Below, piece by piece: positions 49,071 through 64,000 of a DNA stretch of 64,000 nucleotides. The DNA is taken from contig CM082582.2 in NCBI GenBank assembly GCA_040954595.2, forward strand, positions 9,787,483-9,851,482, in the 5' to 3' direction. A program made the translations under genes and the position numbers. The notes beneath the pieces are model-generated. The model was not told where the DNA came from, ran no database searches, and saw only the letters and a program-made list of their open reading frames with translations. Numbering within the stretch: position 1 is the stretch's first letter; each line of letters opens with the position of its first letter. The DNA comes from Balanoglossus misakiensis (taxonomy: Eukaryota > Animalia > Hemichordata).

Positions 49071-50866
49071 ATCCACTTTGTAACATCAAGTCAGTCAAAA
49101 ACATTTCAACTTCCGAGAAACGTGAGAGCCACGCTTATGCTGTGTCATACACTTCGCACATATCATACTTCGGGATCGATATGATAACAATCGATTGAAA
49201 TGAGCTGCCAGTAACAGTTATCACCTTTATAAAGTGTGCATGTATAAATTGCATTTTGAAACTCATTGTCAATGATGACAGAAAATCTTGCACACGCAAA
49301 TGTTAAATATTGCCAGTGTTTGTTGGCACTCAGTGTCTCCTTATAGCGTTAACTACCTCGAGAAATTTTGCGTTGGGTTGAGTACATATTTTCTCTGAAA
49401 GACTAAATGTGAAGATTTGCGCCACACACAATGAGCCGTCTCTCCAGAAAGAGTCGTCGGCTGCGGGCGCCATCCCTCATTGGTGTCGGCCAATCAGCAT
49501 GCCGACGACGGAGTCTTTCAGTCGCACTTTGGAATCGTGAACGGACATTTTGAAAACGTGCAATAACGCGGTAACTGATGTTAGTTCTCTTGCGATGATG
49601 AGTAACGTTTTACGATATTTATTAACGTTTTACGACTTGAAACAGCGAAACTGTTTTCGCACTATTTACCCACTACTTTCTATGCCACTTGAGTGATGTT
49701 TTTAAACTTGCAGAATTTTTCCAAAGTGATAAAATTTTCAGGGACTATACTTTTACAACCTTGCATTTTTTTCTTGCAGTTAATTTATGTGACCGAGTAT
49801 TTAATAACTTCTACTTTTAGTTAAACTTGTATACATCATGAAGTGGTCGCGTGTGTGGGAAACTGTGAGATTGTTATTTCAATAAAATTGACCCATTCTT
49901 TGAAACAGGACGGATAAATTGTGTTTTTTGTTCCTTTTACAGTCGGCCAAAATTAAAAGTCATTTTACATAACACTTCCAGGCGTTCTTGAAATTGGCAA
50001 TTTCATAAAATTAGAGTGCCTAGTTATCATGAACATATTATACTTTAATTTAGCTTACATCCTGTAATAATCGTGATTGACACCATAACTATGCGTAATG
50101 AGAGGAATTCTGATTAAAGTTTTAATTGCCACCATATCTCTTTACATCATTTTTGATGATTTTGACATTTTTACGAAATTACATAGAAATCATACATAGA
50201 ATTGATATTGCGGGCATGCTTGCTCACCGAAAACAACAAATTTACAACCTGGTTTGGGGGTTGTTTCTGGACCGCTCTCCCAAAATGCGTTTTTGAATAT
50301 AGAAATAAGTAACTTTTGGCATTATCCACGAGCAATTTGATTAAAACCAGCTATAGATATAGGCTGAAACTTTACCTTTGGTGAGGTTTTGGTTTTCTCG
50401 TTCTGGACATCAGCAGAACGAGAACACCGAGGACCCAGCGTCGGTAAAGAGGGAAAAGACGCCCGTGTCATGGGTTATTTGATCACCTATCCTTCAAAAC
50501 ACGAACAATGGGTGATAACAGTTCAGTGTGCAATCTGGAGATACGATTTTATTGTCGATCGTTCTGTTGACGTTTTTATCGTGTTATGCTTGCTTTGTGG
50601 TTTAACTGTTATCAGTCATGACGATAATCGAATGGACCTTACAACCACACAGCGCAACAATTCGAGGGTTGACCAAACAAAACCAGATCAATGTTTACAA
50701 TGGTATGATCCATGATTACAATCATTCTGTGTCGGTGCTTGCACCTTCCGGGGTCCGACGTCATATTTGGTCATTGTTCTCTCTCTGTTCGGCTGTCCTT
50801 ATCAGCCGAGAATTTCCGACGAAGTATCGTGACGGAAACCCTCTTTCCACGAAGACGCGAGACGAG

Positions 50867-50874
50867 TGACGTCA
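50867..50874. promoter_or_regulatory. Palindromic CRE (TGACGTCA) upstream of the astacin start
   Basis: Perfect 8-bp CRE about 135 bp upstream of the ATG. Motif match only. Confidence 0.3.
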
Positions 50875-51007
50875 GTCACCGGGCCAAGCAGATAGCAGTC
50901 ACCCACCCCCGGGATGTTTCTCTGTAGATAAAAGACGCCTCGAACTCTCCTGTTATCAAGTCTTTTTTTCCAGGTCAGTTGGAGTGGCCATCGCGCTAGA
51001 GGCAGAG

Positions 51008-54000
51008 ATGAGAGCACTTATTGGGATTGGTTTGGCCGTCGTCTTCTTCGTATCCGAGTCTGTCTGGTCTATTCCGTTACCTGGATCGCCGGAGGTATGT
51101 TCTATAACTCTTCAAGAGTTGGCATCGTTACTTCCCAAGATGCAACCTTTACTACTATATTGCACATATTGTGCATGTATATTTTAGGGCTCGCTATTAA
51201 ATTTAGTTAATCGCTACTTTTAGTAGTTTTACTAAGGAGTATCCGGACTCATGGTTACTTGTGGGGAACTTTTTTCTATCGTTACTTTTCTTGTGACTGG
51301 GGAAAAGCATTTTGAATTGGTCGCGGGTGCTGTCAGTTTGTCCGCGTCACCAAAAGCGATAATACTGTTTTGCTTATTATTGTCTGCATGTGGCAAAACG
51401 CAATTAAAAACCAACCCGAAGAATTTCGTTACGCGTTCATTGCTTAGGTGCTATATGACGATACATGTATCTACTAACAGCTGTACAACAAAAATCCCCA
51501 CTTCGTTGACACATATTAAAAACACCAGAAATTAGTCCGGCTTGTAATTCATTGTCACAGATTCAGCGGTAACGGAGATCGGGATCATAACTTCCAAGTA
51601 TCAATTACAAGAGTTTAAATTCCATAAATCCATAATTGATTTTAATTGCCCTAGTTTCGAATGTTTTCATTTCCGATTCAGATGCGTCTCTCCAACGTCA
51701 ATAGCTAATTTAGAACAACAATCGGATGTGGTTTCCACAAGTTATTATTTCATTACATTGGAGATATTGGCGATCGCGCAATTTGTATTACGGAACATGC
51801 ACTTTATCAAGTGGCTATCAAAACCGTGATTTTTCCCCTCGAGAGCAAATAAGTATTTTAGACACTCGCTGTTTGATTCAGAACATGTCTCTGTGTTACA
51901 TTTTCAGGAGGTCCATCTCATACGGCGTGATGTCGATGACGAGATCGTGGAACCCCTGATCACAGAATGGCCTGACCTGGTAAGAAAGAATGGCGTTAGA
52001 ATTGCTGCCCAATAATACCATACGGGGGAGGCCCTGTTGCTAGAACAATACGTCGGTAGCCCAGCGGCGGAAAATGCGCCTATCTGCATTGATACGGTGT
52101 GCAAATGATTGTTGAGCTCAACATGTATAGGCAGATGTGTTTTCTGTGAAACAGGGGGCGCCAACACTAAAGAACACCTGCGAACGTTTTATGCAGATGA
52201 GTGCATGTGCGTGTTGTGATTGTCACCCAGTCACGTGTGTGAATAGCTGATAATTTTCACACCAGATGTCTCAAATCAATCGATATCACGTCATTTACAC
52301 TACACCCTTTTCTCCATTTCTTTGTCTTCGACAGCCTCTCCGAACTGAGACACCACAATTTGCAGGTAGGTCAACCTCCGCCGTGTCGAGCTTGAGATTA
52401 AACATTCAACACGATAACGAAACTGATAAGATCATACATGTTGGGGTTGAGATAAGACACTTATTACGTGAATCAAATTAGATTTACAATGATACAGAAC
52501 TATGGAATAGTGGATTTTGAGATGGCCAACGTAACCACGGATTTCAGTAGTTTCTTCTCTTTACTTTTACCAGCAATTTCCAATTTTGGAGACGTGGAGC
52601 AAGAAGATGACGCCATGACTTACATTCTCCTGGAAAACGAAAACATCATCAGAGGTGAGATTAGAAATGACCATGCCTGACGTTTTTTTTAATTCTCCTG
52701 TAGCATTTTAATAAACCTTACCTTGAGGTAGTCACGATAGATAACGTAACGACCTGAGTCGTGACGTGCCGCGCGTTGAGCGACCTGTGCGCAAGAAGCA
52801 AACGTTGTCTTCTACTAATACATGATTTCATTCAAGTCGAATGGAATTCTTTCCCTTCAAGTGACTTTCTTTGTCTCAAATGTCCCTTTCAATTCCGTCT
52901 CCACAGAAACTGATGGGTTTATGGAGGGCGACATATACATCGGGTCCATGGTAAGTGGAAATATCAACCAGTTTATTTAATTATCTATGTAACAATATTC
53001 TATTCTCTGTGGTTGTGTAAAACTATCGTTAGAGAAAATGTTTAGTGAGCAGGCGAATATTTAGACAAGCATTCGTGATTCTCAAAGGAATGTAGTGAGG
53101 AATGTCAACCGAACGTCGAGAGTATCAACGCTTACAGGCTCCTATTTTTATATGACTTTTCAGTTGCCACGGAATGCCATTACAAGCATGAACAAACGGT
53201 GGCCAAACGCCCAAGTTCCTTATGAAATCACAGGATTTGGTAAGTAACTTGTTCTCTCTCTCTCATGCTCACTGACTGACTCACTGGCTGGCGTACTGAC
53301 TTACTGACTCACTCGGAATCACCTACTTTTATTAAAAACACTTTTTACCCTTCCAGACAGCGGCGCAGTTGCTCGCATCAACGCCGCCATCAACGAGTAC
53401 CACACACATACCTGCATACGCTGGGTACGACGCAGCAACCAACGGGATTACGTGCGATTTGTGCCGAAATCCGGGTACGTATGAAACAAACGTTTCTCCG
53501 GAGAAAGCAAACCGCGAGGTAGTCACTGTGATCCCCCAAAATTAAAATCCAAGAAACTTAAGATCGTTGAATATTCTTTGATCGACTCTTTTTACTCCCT
53601 AGATGCTGGTCTCCGGTCGGACGCACTGGTGGAATGCAAGAACTCTCCGTTGGGGGCGCTTGTAACTGGTCACGGGGCACCATCATGCACGAGATGATGC
53701 ACGCAGCCGGATTCCACCACGAGCAGACAAGGCAGGACAGGGACAACTATGTCACCATTTACTGGCAAAACATACAGAGAGGTAATTACAAAATGACCAT
53801 TAACGAAAGAGCAACGTAGTCCTTCTAAATATATATTCACAACGAAAATGGAATAATTCCACATTTCCCGAAATTTCCATCATGGCCTAACCGACTCGCT
53901 TCTGTCAACAGGAATGGAGTACAACTTCCAGAAGTACCCGCTCGACACGCTGGGAACCGAGTACGACTACTATTCCATCATGCACTATCCCAAAAACGCT

Positions 54001-56305
54001 TTTTCCACCAACGGTCGCGACACCATCGTGCCAAAACAGAGTGTGTCCATTGGAGGTAGAAACTCCTTCAGCCAGCTTGATGCGTATGAGCTCAACAAGC
54101 TCTACGAATGCGGTGAGTTTTTTTTGACAATCATGTCAGAGTCACGGTCAATTTAATGATTCGCTGGGGGGGGGGCATGAGTTATTTACAGACATGTCGG
54201 CAGTACCAACAAACTTTAAACGACACATATTCAGATCTAGATATAGGAAGTCTGACTTCTTATGAAAAATCTACACAATTGACGTTTAAGTACTTGTGTT
54301 GCTGTATTTCTTACTTGTTGAGGAATTCAACAATAATCTCATGCACAACTCTCACTGTTCAGGTGATGGTGGTGGAGGCGGCGGCGGCGGAGAAGAAGGT
54401 GGAGGTAGGTCCAATTAAGATTATGCAAATCAAACAAGATCTCACCAGGGTTTTGTGTATCGTCGGAGACTATTTCTGTGTTATTCTTGGTGGGAACGAG
54501 CATGTTCAACATTTCTGGGATTTCTTGTATAATATGATATAAGCAATACAGTATTTGTGGAGCATACGTTCATGTATAACAGATAGACGCGCCGGCAAAT
54601 GCTGGAAAGAAGACGCCATCTCGAATACATAGGCGCCATTTTGGAAGAAAAAAAAACGACGCCATTTTGACACGTAAAGAGTACATACGGGGATTTTGAA
54701 TATGTTCTTCTGTTGCTTCAGATTGTGCGGATAAAGACAACGGTTGTTCCGGCTGGGCCGGACAGGGTTATTGTACGAGTGGTCAGTACACGGAATGGAT
54801 GGCAGACAACTGCAAGAAGAGTTGCGGTTCATGCGACGACGACAACGGTGGTGGTGGGGGTGGTGGTAAGCGATCTACTTCATTCTTCTGGAATGTGAAT
54901 TAGACAAAACTAATTACTAATTTCCCAACGGAGAGTTTACGTAAAAAAAGTGGTGTAAATTGGACTTTGATGGCACATTTCCCGTAGCAATTATTTCTTT
55001 GTTATCCGGTGATACTTATAATTGGGAAAAGAGAAATTATAGTGTCACATGACCGTTGAATTTGGTCGTAATGGGCGGATTTTTATTTTTCCCTTCGAAG
55101 ATTACTTCCGGTAGGAAAAATTGCGTTACGTCATTGATATGACCGATTCACTATGTATTGTTTTGTTTTCATTTTCTCGGCAGATTGTACCGATAGTAAC
55201 AATAATTGTCCAGGCTGGGCTGATCGTGGCGAATGTCAGGCAAACCCCGGTTGGATGTTGCCTAACTGCAAAAAGAGCTGTGACCAATGTGACGGCGGTG
55301 GTGGCGGCGGTGGTAGTAGTAAGTTAATTCATAGCACAAAAGTTCGACGCAATTTTGTCGTCTGTAGGTCCCTATTTTGTGACAGAAAATTTGCATGTAG
55401 GCAGTCATAAAATTTTTGCTTTGTAAAGGAAAGTCAATTAAAATCTGTGAGTGGGCAATACTCTGCGTAAAATCCCTCCTATTAATTCGTGATATAAGCG
55501 CAGGTCACAAGTGCTCTACCGTGCGCATGACTAAGCTTGGAGATAGCAAAGAACAAAAGGTATCCCATGAAGCAAGATGTGACGTATGACGCATATTTCT
55601 TTTTTTTTACACCAGACTGCAAAGATAAAAATGCGAACTGTGAGTGGTGGTCCAACCAGGGATTCTGTCAAGGCACATACTCTTCATACATGGGAAAGAA
55701 CTGTCAGAAGAGTTGCAATTCGTGCGGCAACGCCCCAGCCTCTGACGACAGTAAGTCTTCTTGAAATACGCATGCGCCACATCACGAGCGCTCCGCCTGT
55801 GGTAGAAATCGAAGCGCTTTTGATGCCGCTGAAATAAATATTCTCGCAGACTCAAGCTGGTTTAGATCAGCTGTAGAAATATAGGTTCCGCTTGTACCGT
55901 CATTGAGCCGTTTATGTTCACGCCCGCTGTCAAAGAGACGGCAGCGGTAGAACGAAAACAACAAAAAACACGATGAAAGTGTAAACGGGGCCCTATACTT
56001 CTATAGCTGATTCTATTCAGCTCGTACACGTACACGGCTGAGATACTTGTTTGAAAAACAGAAAATATCACGCTAGTCAAATTAATATTTAACACAAACA
56101 AATTATCTTACTTTTTCGTGTGTCGTGAGATGGCAGCAAAGACGGACGAAAATTCACATCCTGATTATTATATTCTTTGATTTTGCTGTCCCCAGACTGT
56201 CAAGATCGCGATAGCCAGTGCGCCGTCTGGGCGTGGCATGGAGAGTGTACCGCCAACCCAGCCTACATGCTGGTGAACTGTCGAAGAAGCTGCGCCGTGT
56301 GCTAG
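51008..56305 (+). CDS. Secreted astacin (M12A) zinc metalloprotease with four C-terminal ShKT domains, about 484 aa
   Basis: 14 exons: 51008-51094, 51908-51979, 52335-52365, 52574-52654, 52907-52950, 53164-53239, 53357-53474, 53603-53781, 53912-54112, 54363-54404, 54722-54865, 55184-55318, 55616-55750, 56196-56305 (1455 nt). Signal peptide, pro-domain FMEGDI, RNA maturation site, zinc motif HEMMHAAGFHHEQTRQDRD, Met-turn SIMHY, and four 6-Cys ShKT modules. Confidence 0.93.
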
Positions 56306-57852
56306 AGTCCAGCCTGTTAACAGAGGTCGGCCATCAGTCTTCTTCGAATTTTATTCGTTTTTTTTTCATTATATTGTTAAGTTTCTCTCTTATTATTATC
56401 ATCATCATCGAGATTTTAGTGCAATAAAGCTAGATTCGGAATAGCTAGATGAAAACGTACAAGTAATGCGTCGCCTTCAGAGATCTTTGATGAAGGAAAG
56501 TTTTCTTTCTTCATTAATGGCCCACAGTCGCACAGTTGAATAATGCTTGCCATGGTAGAAATGGGGACAATATAGGAGTAATGGGGGCTACCACTTACAA
56601 CGTTGACCCTCCCACGGTGCATCGGACAGAGAGACACGAGCTAAAAGTGATGTAAATTATCAAACCAAAAATTGATAAGTAATTGGATAAGGGTGTAAAA
56701 CTGGACACCTGGTATATTGTCGAGAATCGTGTTTGGCTTCGTTTGTTGACTCAAATATATTTTCGTTCATCGACTGATGGTGCATAATGTGGGTCGTGTC
56801 ACGGGCAGTACGGGCAGCGGTCCCGCAAGGTTGTTTTTGATATGTCTGTACTACAAGTTCACGTTGAATACTTTTTGGCCTGTGCTGAGGATAGGCCTTC
56901 TTGGGCGCCCCACTTTTTCCCAAACGAGCGCCTAAGACGTTTATAACTACGGATAAGGTCACAAGTACCCATCTCATGCAACGTAGAGACAGATGTTTGT
57001 CCAAAAAGTTGTACATGAAATTATCTGAACACATCTTCTTGCCAATACCGACTACTCTGTCACACACGTTCGTGTATACTTAGACAAAAATGTCGCAGCT
57101 CACGTGAAATAAACTGGGTCTGTGTATGTGTTTGATTTTTCTGTCTTATGATATAATCAGTTGACTGTCCGACAACAGCAAACAAAAAATCGAAAATGTA
57201 AATATGTTGTTTTGACGTATCACGGTACGACATTTAAAATAAATATTTCATAACATCGACCTGTATTGAATCTAGGTCACCGCGTGTTTGTCTCCATGGG
57301 TGTTGACTGAGACAGATTTGGACGTCTCCTCATCATTCGTGAGCGAATGGCATTTTAGCAAAATAATTTTACGTTTTTGGATATTGCTGTCAGTATAAGG
57401 GTCCGTTCAGGTCCTTTCGCAGGCGTTTATGGTTTAATTTTGCAAAGAAAATGTCGTTTGACAGAAATGTTAAAAGTGTGAGGGAAAGTGGCGGCTTGCT
57501 ATTGGCCAATTTATCCGACTGCTGTACCTTCAAGCAAAGTTGGTCGAATTTCTGAGTGTAACATGAACAGCGTCGTTTCAAATCGGAATAGGGGCACTCC
57601 AATTTGTAGAAATTCAGTTTACAGTAGCAACCCCAGAAGAAATAACACAGGAATTCTACCTTGGTATAGAAAACTAAATATTCATATGAATGACCCATTA
57701 TCATATGGGTTAATTTATATGTGAGAAAAACAGTTCCACAGCATGTGAGTGTCGTCATATCTGGGATCAAGATTTATGTACTTGTCGGATGTAGGAGACC
57801 GTTGCTTCAAATTCAGCCTCGCCAGTCGGCAAACAGCAACAACACCAGCAAG

Positions 57853-60908
<3,056 letters not shown>

Positions 60909-61175
60909 ATTACCAGAAGAGCTGAACCAAATTATATATCTGGTATACTGAAGAGCTAGCGCACTTGCAGAATTTCATTACTTATTACAAATTATAGAAA
61001 GATGCGGGTGGGTTAGGCATTTACTGGTGCAATAAAACTAAAATGTCTGTAATCAACTTGGTGAATTGGTTGTTTCATTAAAAATTCACTTAATCTCCAT
61101 GGTTCTTGTTGGCGTGGTTTCAGACGGCGCAGAGTGTGTAATTTTTTGACAATTTCTATGACATATTACCAATGG

Positions 61176-64000
61176 AAAAAGTTCAAAAAATGACAAATTT
61201 TCGACTTTGCGGAATTTCGAAATTTGGCCGATTTTTGAAAAAATCATGGGTTATAGCTCAGGAAAATCGTCAAAAAATGACAATTTTTCGACTTTGCGGA
61301 ATTTCGAAATGTGGCCGATTTTTGAAAAAATCATGGGTTATAGCTCAGGAAAATCGTCAAAAAATGACAATTTTTCGACTTTGCGGAATTTCGAAATTTG
61401 GCCGATTTTTGAAAAAATCATGGGTTATAGCTCAGGAAAATCGTCAAAAAATGACAATTTTTCGACTTTGCGGAATTTCGAAATGTGGCCGATTCTTGAA
61501 AAAATCATGGGTTATAGCTCAGGAAAATCGTCAAAAAATGACAATTTTTCGACTTTGCGGAATTTCGAAATTTGGCCGATTTTTGAAAAAATCATGGGTT
61601 ATAGCTCAGGAAAATCGTCAAAAAATGACAATTTTTCGACTTTGCGGAATTTCGAAATTTGGCCGATTTTTGAAAAAATCATGGGTTATAGCTCAGGAAA
61701 ATCGTCAAAAAATGACAATTTTTCGACTTTGCGGAATTTCGAAATTTGGCCGATTTTTGAAAAAATCATGGGTTATAGCTCAGGAAAATCGTCAAAAAAT
61801 GACAATTTATCGACTTTGCGGAATTTCGAAATTTGGCCGATTTTTGAAAAAATCATGGGTTATAGCTCAGGAAAATCGTCAAAAAATGACAATTTTTCGA
61901 CTTTGCGGAATTTCGAAATTTGGCCGATTTTTGAAAAAATCATGGGTTATAGCTCAGGAAAATCGTCAAAAAATGACAATTTTTCGACTTTGCGGAATTT
62001 CGAAATTTGGCCGATTTTTGAAAAAATCATGGGTTATAGCTCAGGAAAATCGTCAAAAAATGACAATTTTTCGACTTTGCGGAATTTCGAAATTTGGCCG
62101 ATTTTTGAAAAAATCATGGGTTATAGCTCAGGAAAATCGTCAAAAAATGACAATTTTTCGACTTTGCGGAATTTCGAAATTTGGCCGATTTTTGAAAAAA
62201 TCATGGGTTATAGCCCAGGAAAATCGTCAAAAAATGACAATTTTTCGACTTTGCGGAAATTCGAAATTTGGCCGATTTTTGAAAAAATCATGGGTTATAG
62301 CTCAGGAAAATCGTCAAAAAATGACAATTTTTCGACTTTGCGGAATTTCGAAATTTGGCCGATTTTTGAAAAAATCATGGGTTATAGCTCAGGAAAATCG
62401 TCAAAAATTGACAATTTTTCGACTTTGCGGAATTTCGAAATTTGGCCGATTTTTGAAAAAATCATGGGTTATAGCTCAGGAAAATCGTCAAAAAATGACA
62501 ATTTTTCGACTTTGCGGAATTTCGAAATTTGGCCGATTTTTGAAAAAATCATGGGTTATAGCTCAGGAAAATCGTCAAAAAATGACAATTTTTCGACTTT
62601 GCGGAATTTCGAAATTTGGCCGATTTTTGAAAAAATCATGGGTTATAGCTCAGGAAAATCGTCAAAAAATGACAATTTTTCGACTTTGCGGAATTTCGAA
62701 ATTTGGCCGATTTTTGAAAAAATCATGGGTTATAGCTCAGGAAAATCGTCAAAAAATGACAATTTTTCGACTTTGCGGAATTTCGAAATTTGGCCGATTT
62801 TTGAAAAAATCATGGGTTATAGCTCAGGAAAATCGTCAAAAAATGACAATTTTTCGACTTTGCGGAATTTCGAAATTTGGCCGATTTTTGAAAAAATCAT
62901 GGGTTATAGCCCAGGAAAATCGTCAAAAAATGACAATTTTTCGACTTTGCGGAAATTCGAAATTTGGCCGATTTTTGAAAAAATCATGGGTTATAGCTCA
63001 GGAAAATCGTCAAAAAATGACAATTTTTCGACTTTGCGGAATTTCGAAATTTGGCCGATTTTTGAAAAAATCATGGGTTATAGCTCATGAAAATCGTCAA
63101 AAAATGACAATTTTTCGACTTTGCGGAATTTCGAAATTTGGCCGATTTTTGAAAAAATCATGGGTTATAGCTCAGGAAAATCGTCAAAAAATGACAATTT
63201 TTCGACTTTGCGGAATTTCGAAATTTGGCCGATTTTTGAAAAAATCATGGGTTATAGCTCAGGAAAATCGTCAAAAAATGACAATTTTTCGACTTTGCGG
63301 AATTTCGAAATTTGGCCGATTTTTGAAAAAAATCATGGGTTATAGCTCAGGAAAATCGTCAAAAAATGACAATTTTTCGACTTTGCGGAATTTCGAAATT
63401 TGGCCGATTTTTGAAAAAATCATGGGTTATAGCTCAGGAAAATCGTCAAAAAATGACATTTTTCGACTTTGCGGAATTTCGAAATTTGGCCGATTTTTGA
63501 AAAAATCATGGGTTATAGCTCAGGAAAATCGTCAAAAAATGACAATTTTTCGACTTTGCGGAATTTCGAAATTTGGCCGATTTTTGAAAAAATCATGGGT
63601 TATAGCTCAGGAAAATCGTCAAAAAATGACAATTTTTCGACTTTGCGGAATTTCGAAATTTGGCCGATTTTTGAAAAAATCATGGGTTATAGCTCAGGAA
63701 AATCGTCAAAAAATGACAATTTTTCGACTTTGCGGAATTTCGAAATTTGGCCGATTTTTGAAAAAATCATGGGTTATAGCTCAGGAAAATCGTCAAAAAA
63801 TGACAATTTTTCGACTTTGCGGAATTTCGAAATTTGGCCGATTTTTGAAAAAATCATGGGTTATAGCCCAGGAAAATCGTCAAAAAATGACAATTTTTCG
63901 ACTTTGCGGAATTTCGAAATTTGGCCGATTTTTGAAAAAATCATGGGTTATAGCTCAGGAAAATCGTCAAAAAATGACAATTTTTCGACTTTGCGGAATT
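61176..64000 (+). repeat. 87-bp tandem satellite array, about 32 copies, running off the window end
   Basis: Unit TTGCGGAATTTCGAAATTTGGCCGATTTTTGAAAAAATCATGGGTTATAGCTCAGGAAAATCGTCAAAAAATGACAATTTTTCGACT; successive units start 87 bp apart (61207, 61294...). Copies are near-identical, with no spacers. Confidence 0.97.

Noticed and set aside
61207-63090. 627-aa ORF of 29-aa repeats
   Set aside because: By-product of an 87-bp (3n) unit lacking a stop in one frame. It starts at TTG, copies are near-identical at the DNA level with no synonymous bias, and a stop (63088) and single-base indels follow.
61176-64000. CRISPR-like array
   Set aside because: Units are contiguous with no unique spacers, there are no cas genes, and the context is eukaryotic.

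Overview
Eukaryotic (metazoan invertebrate) genomic DNA with short GT-AG introns; gene content and repeats suggest a marine bilaterian, but the taxon cannot be fixed from sequence alone. Ten spliced protein-coding genes were reconstructed by hand with phase-consistent exons: the 3' part of a beta-type syntrophin (+), ACSF3 (-), TRIQK (+), a signal-anchored ML/NPC2-like protein (-), CHTF8 (-) head-to-head with UTP4 (+), a chromodomain protein with a C-terminal transmembrane tail anchor (-), an SLC43-family transporter (+), an astacin protease with 4 ShKT domains (+) and an intron-containing GH9 cellulase (+). The window ends in an 87-bp tandem satellite. The most unusual element is the chromodomain + disordered linker + tail-anchor gene, a candidate membrane tether for chromatin. 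Also notable are the type II membrane ML protein, a miniature box C/D (K-turn-like) hairpin next to the last 3' splice site of UTP4, and CHTF8-UTP4-syntrophin linkage matching human 16q22. No prokaryotic systems or CRISPR arrays are present. All family assignments come from recalled motifs, not database searches.
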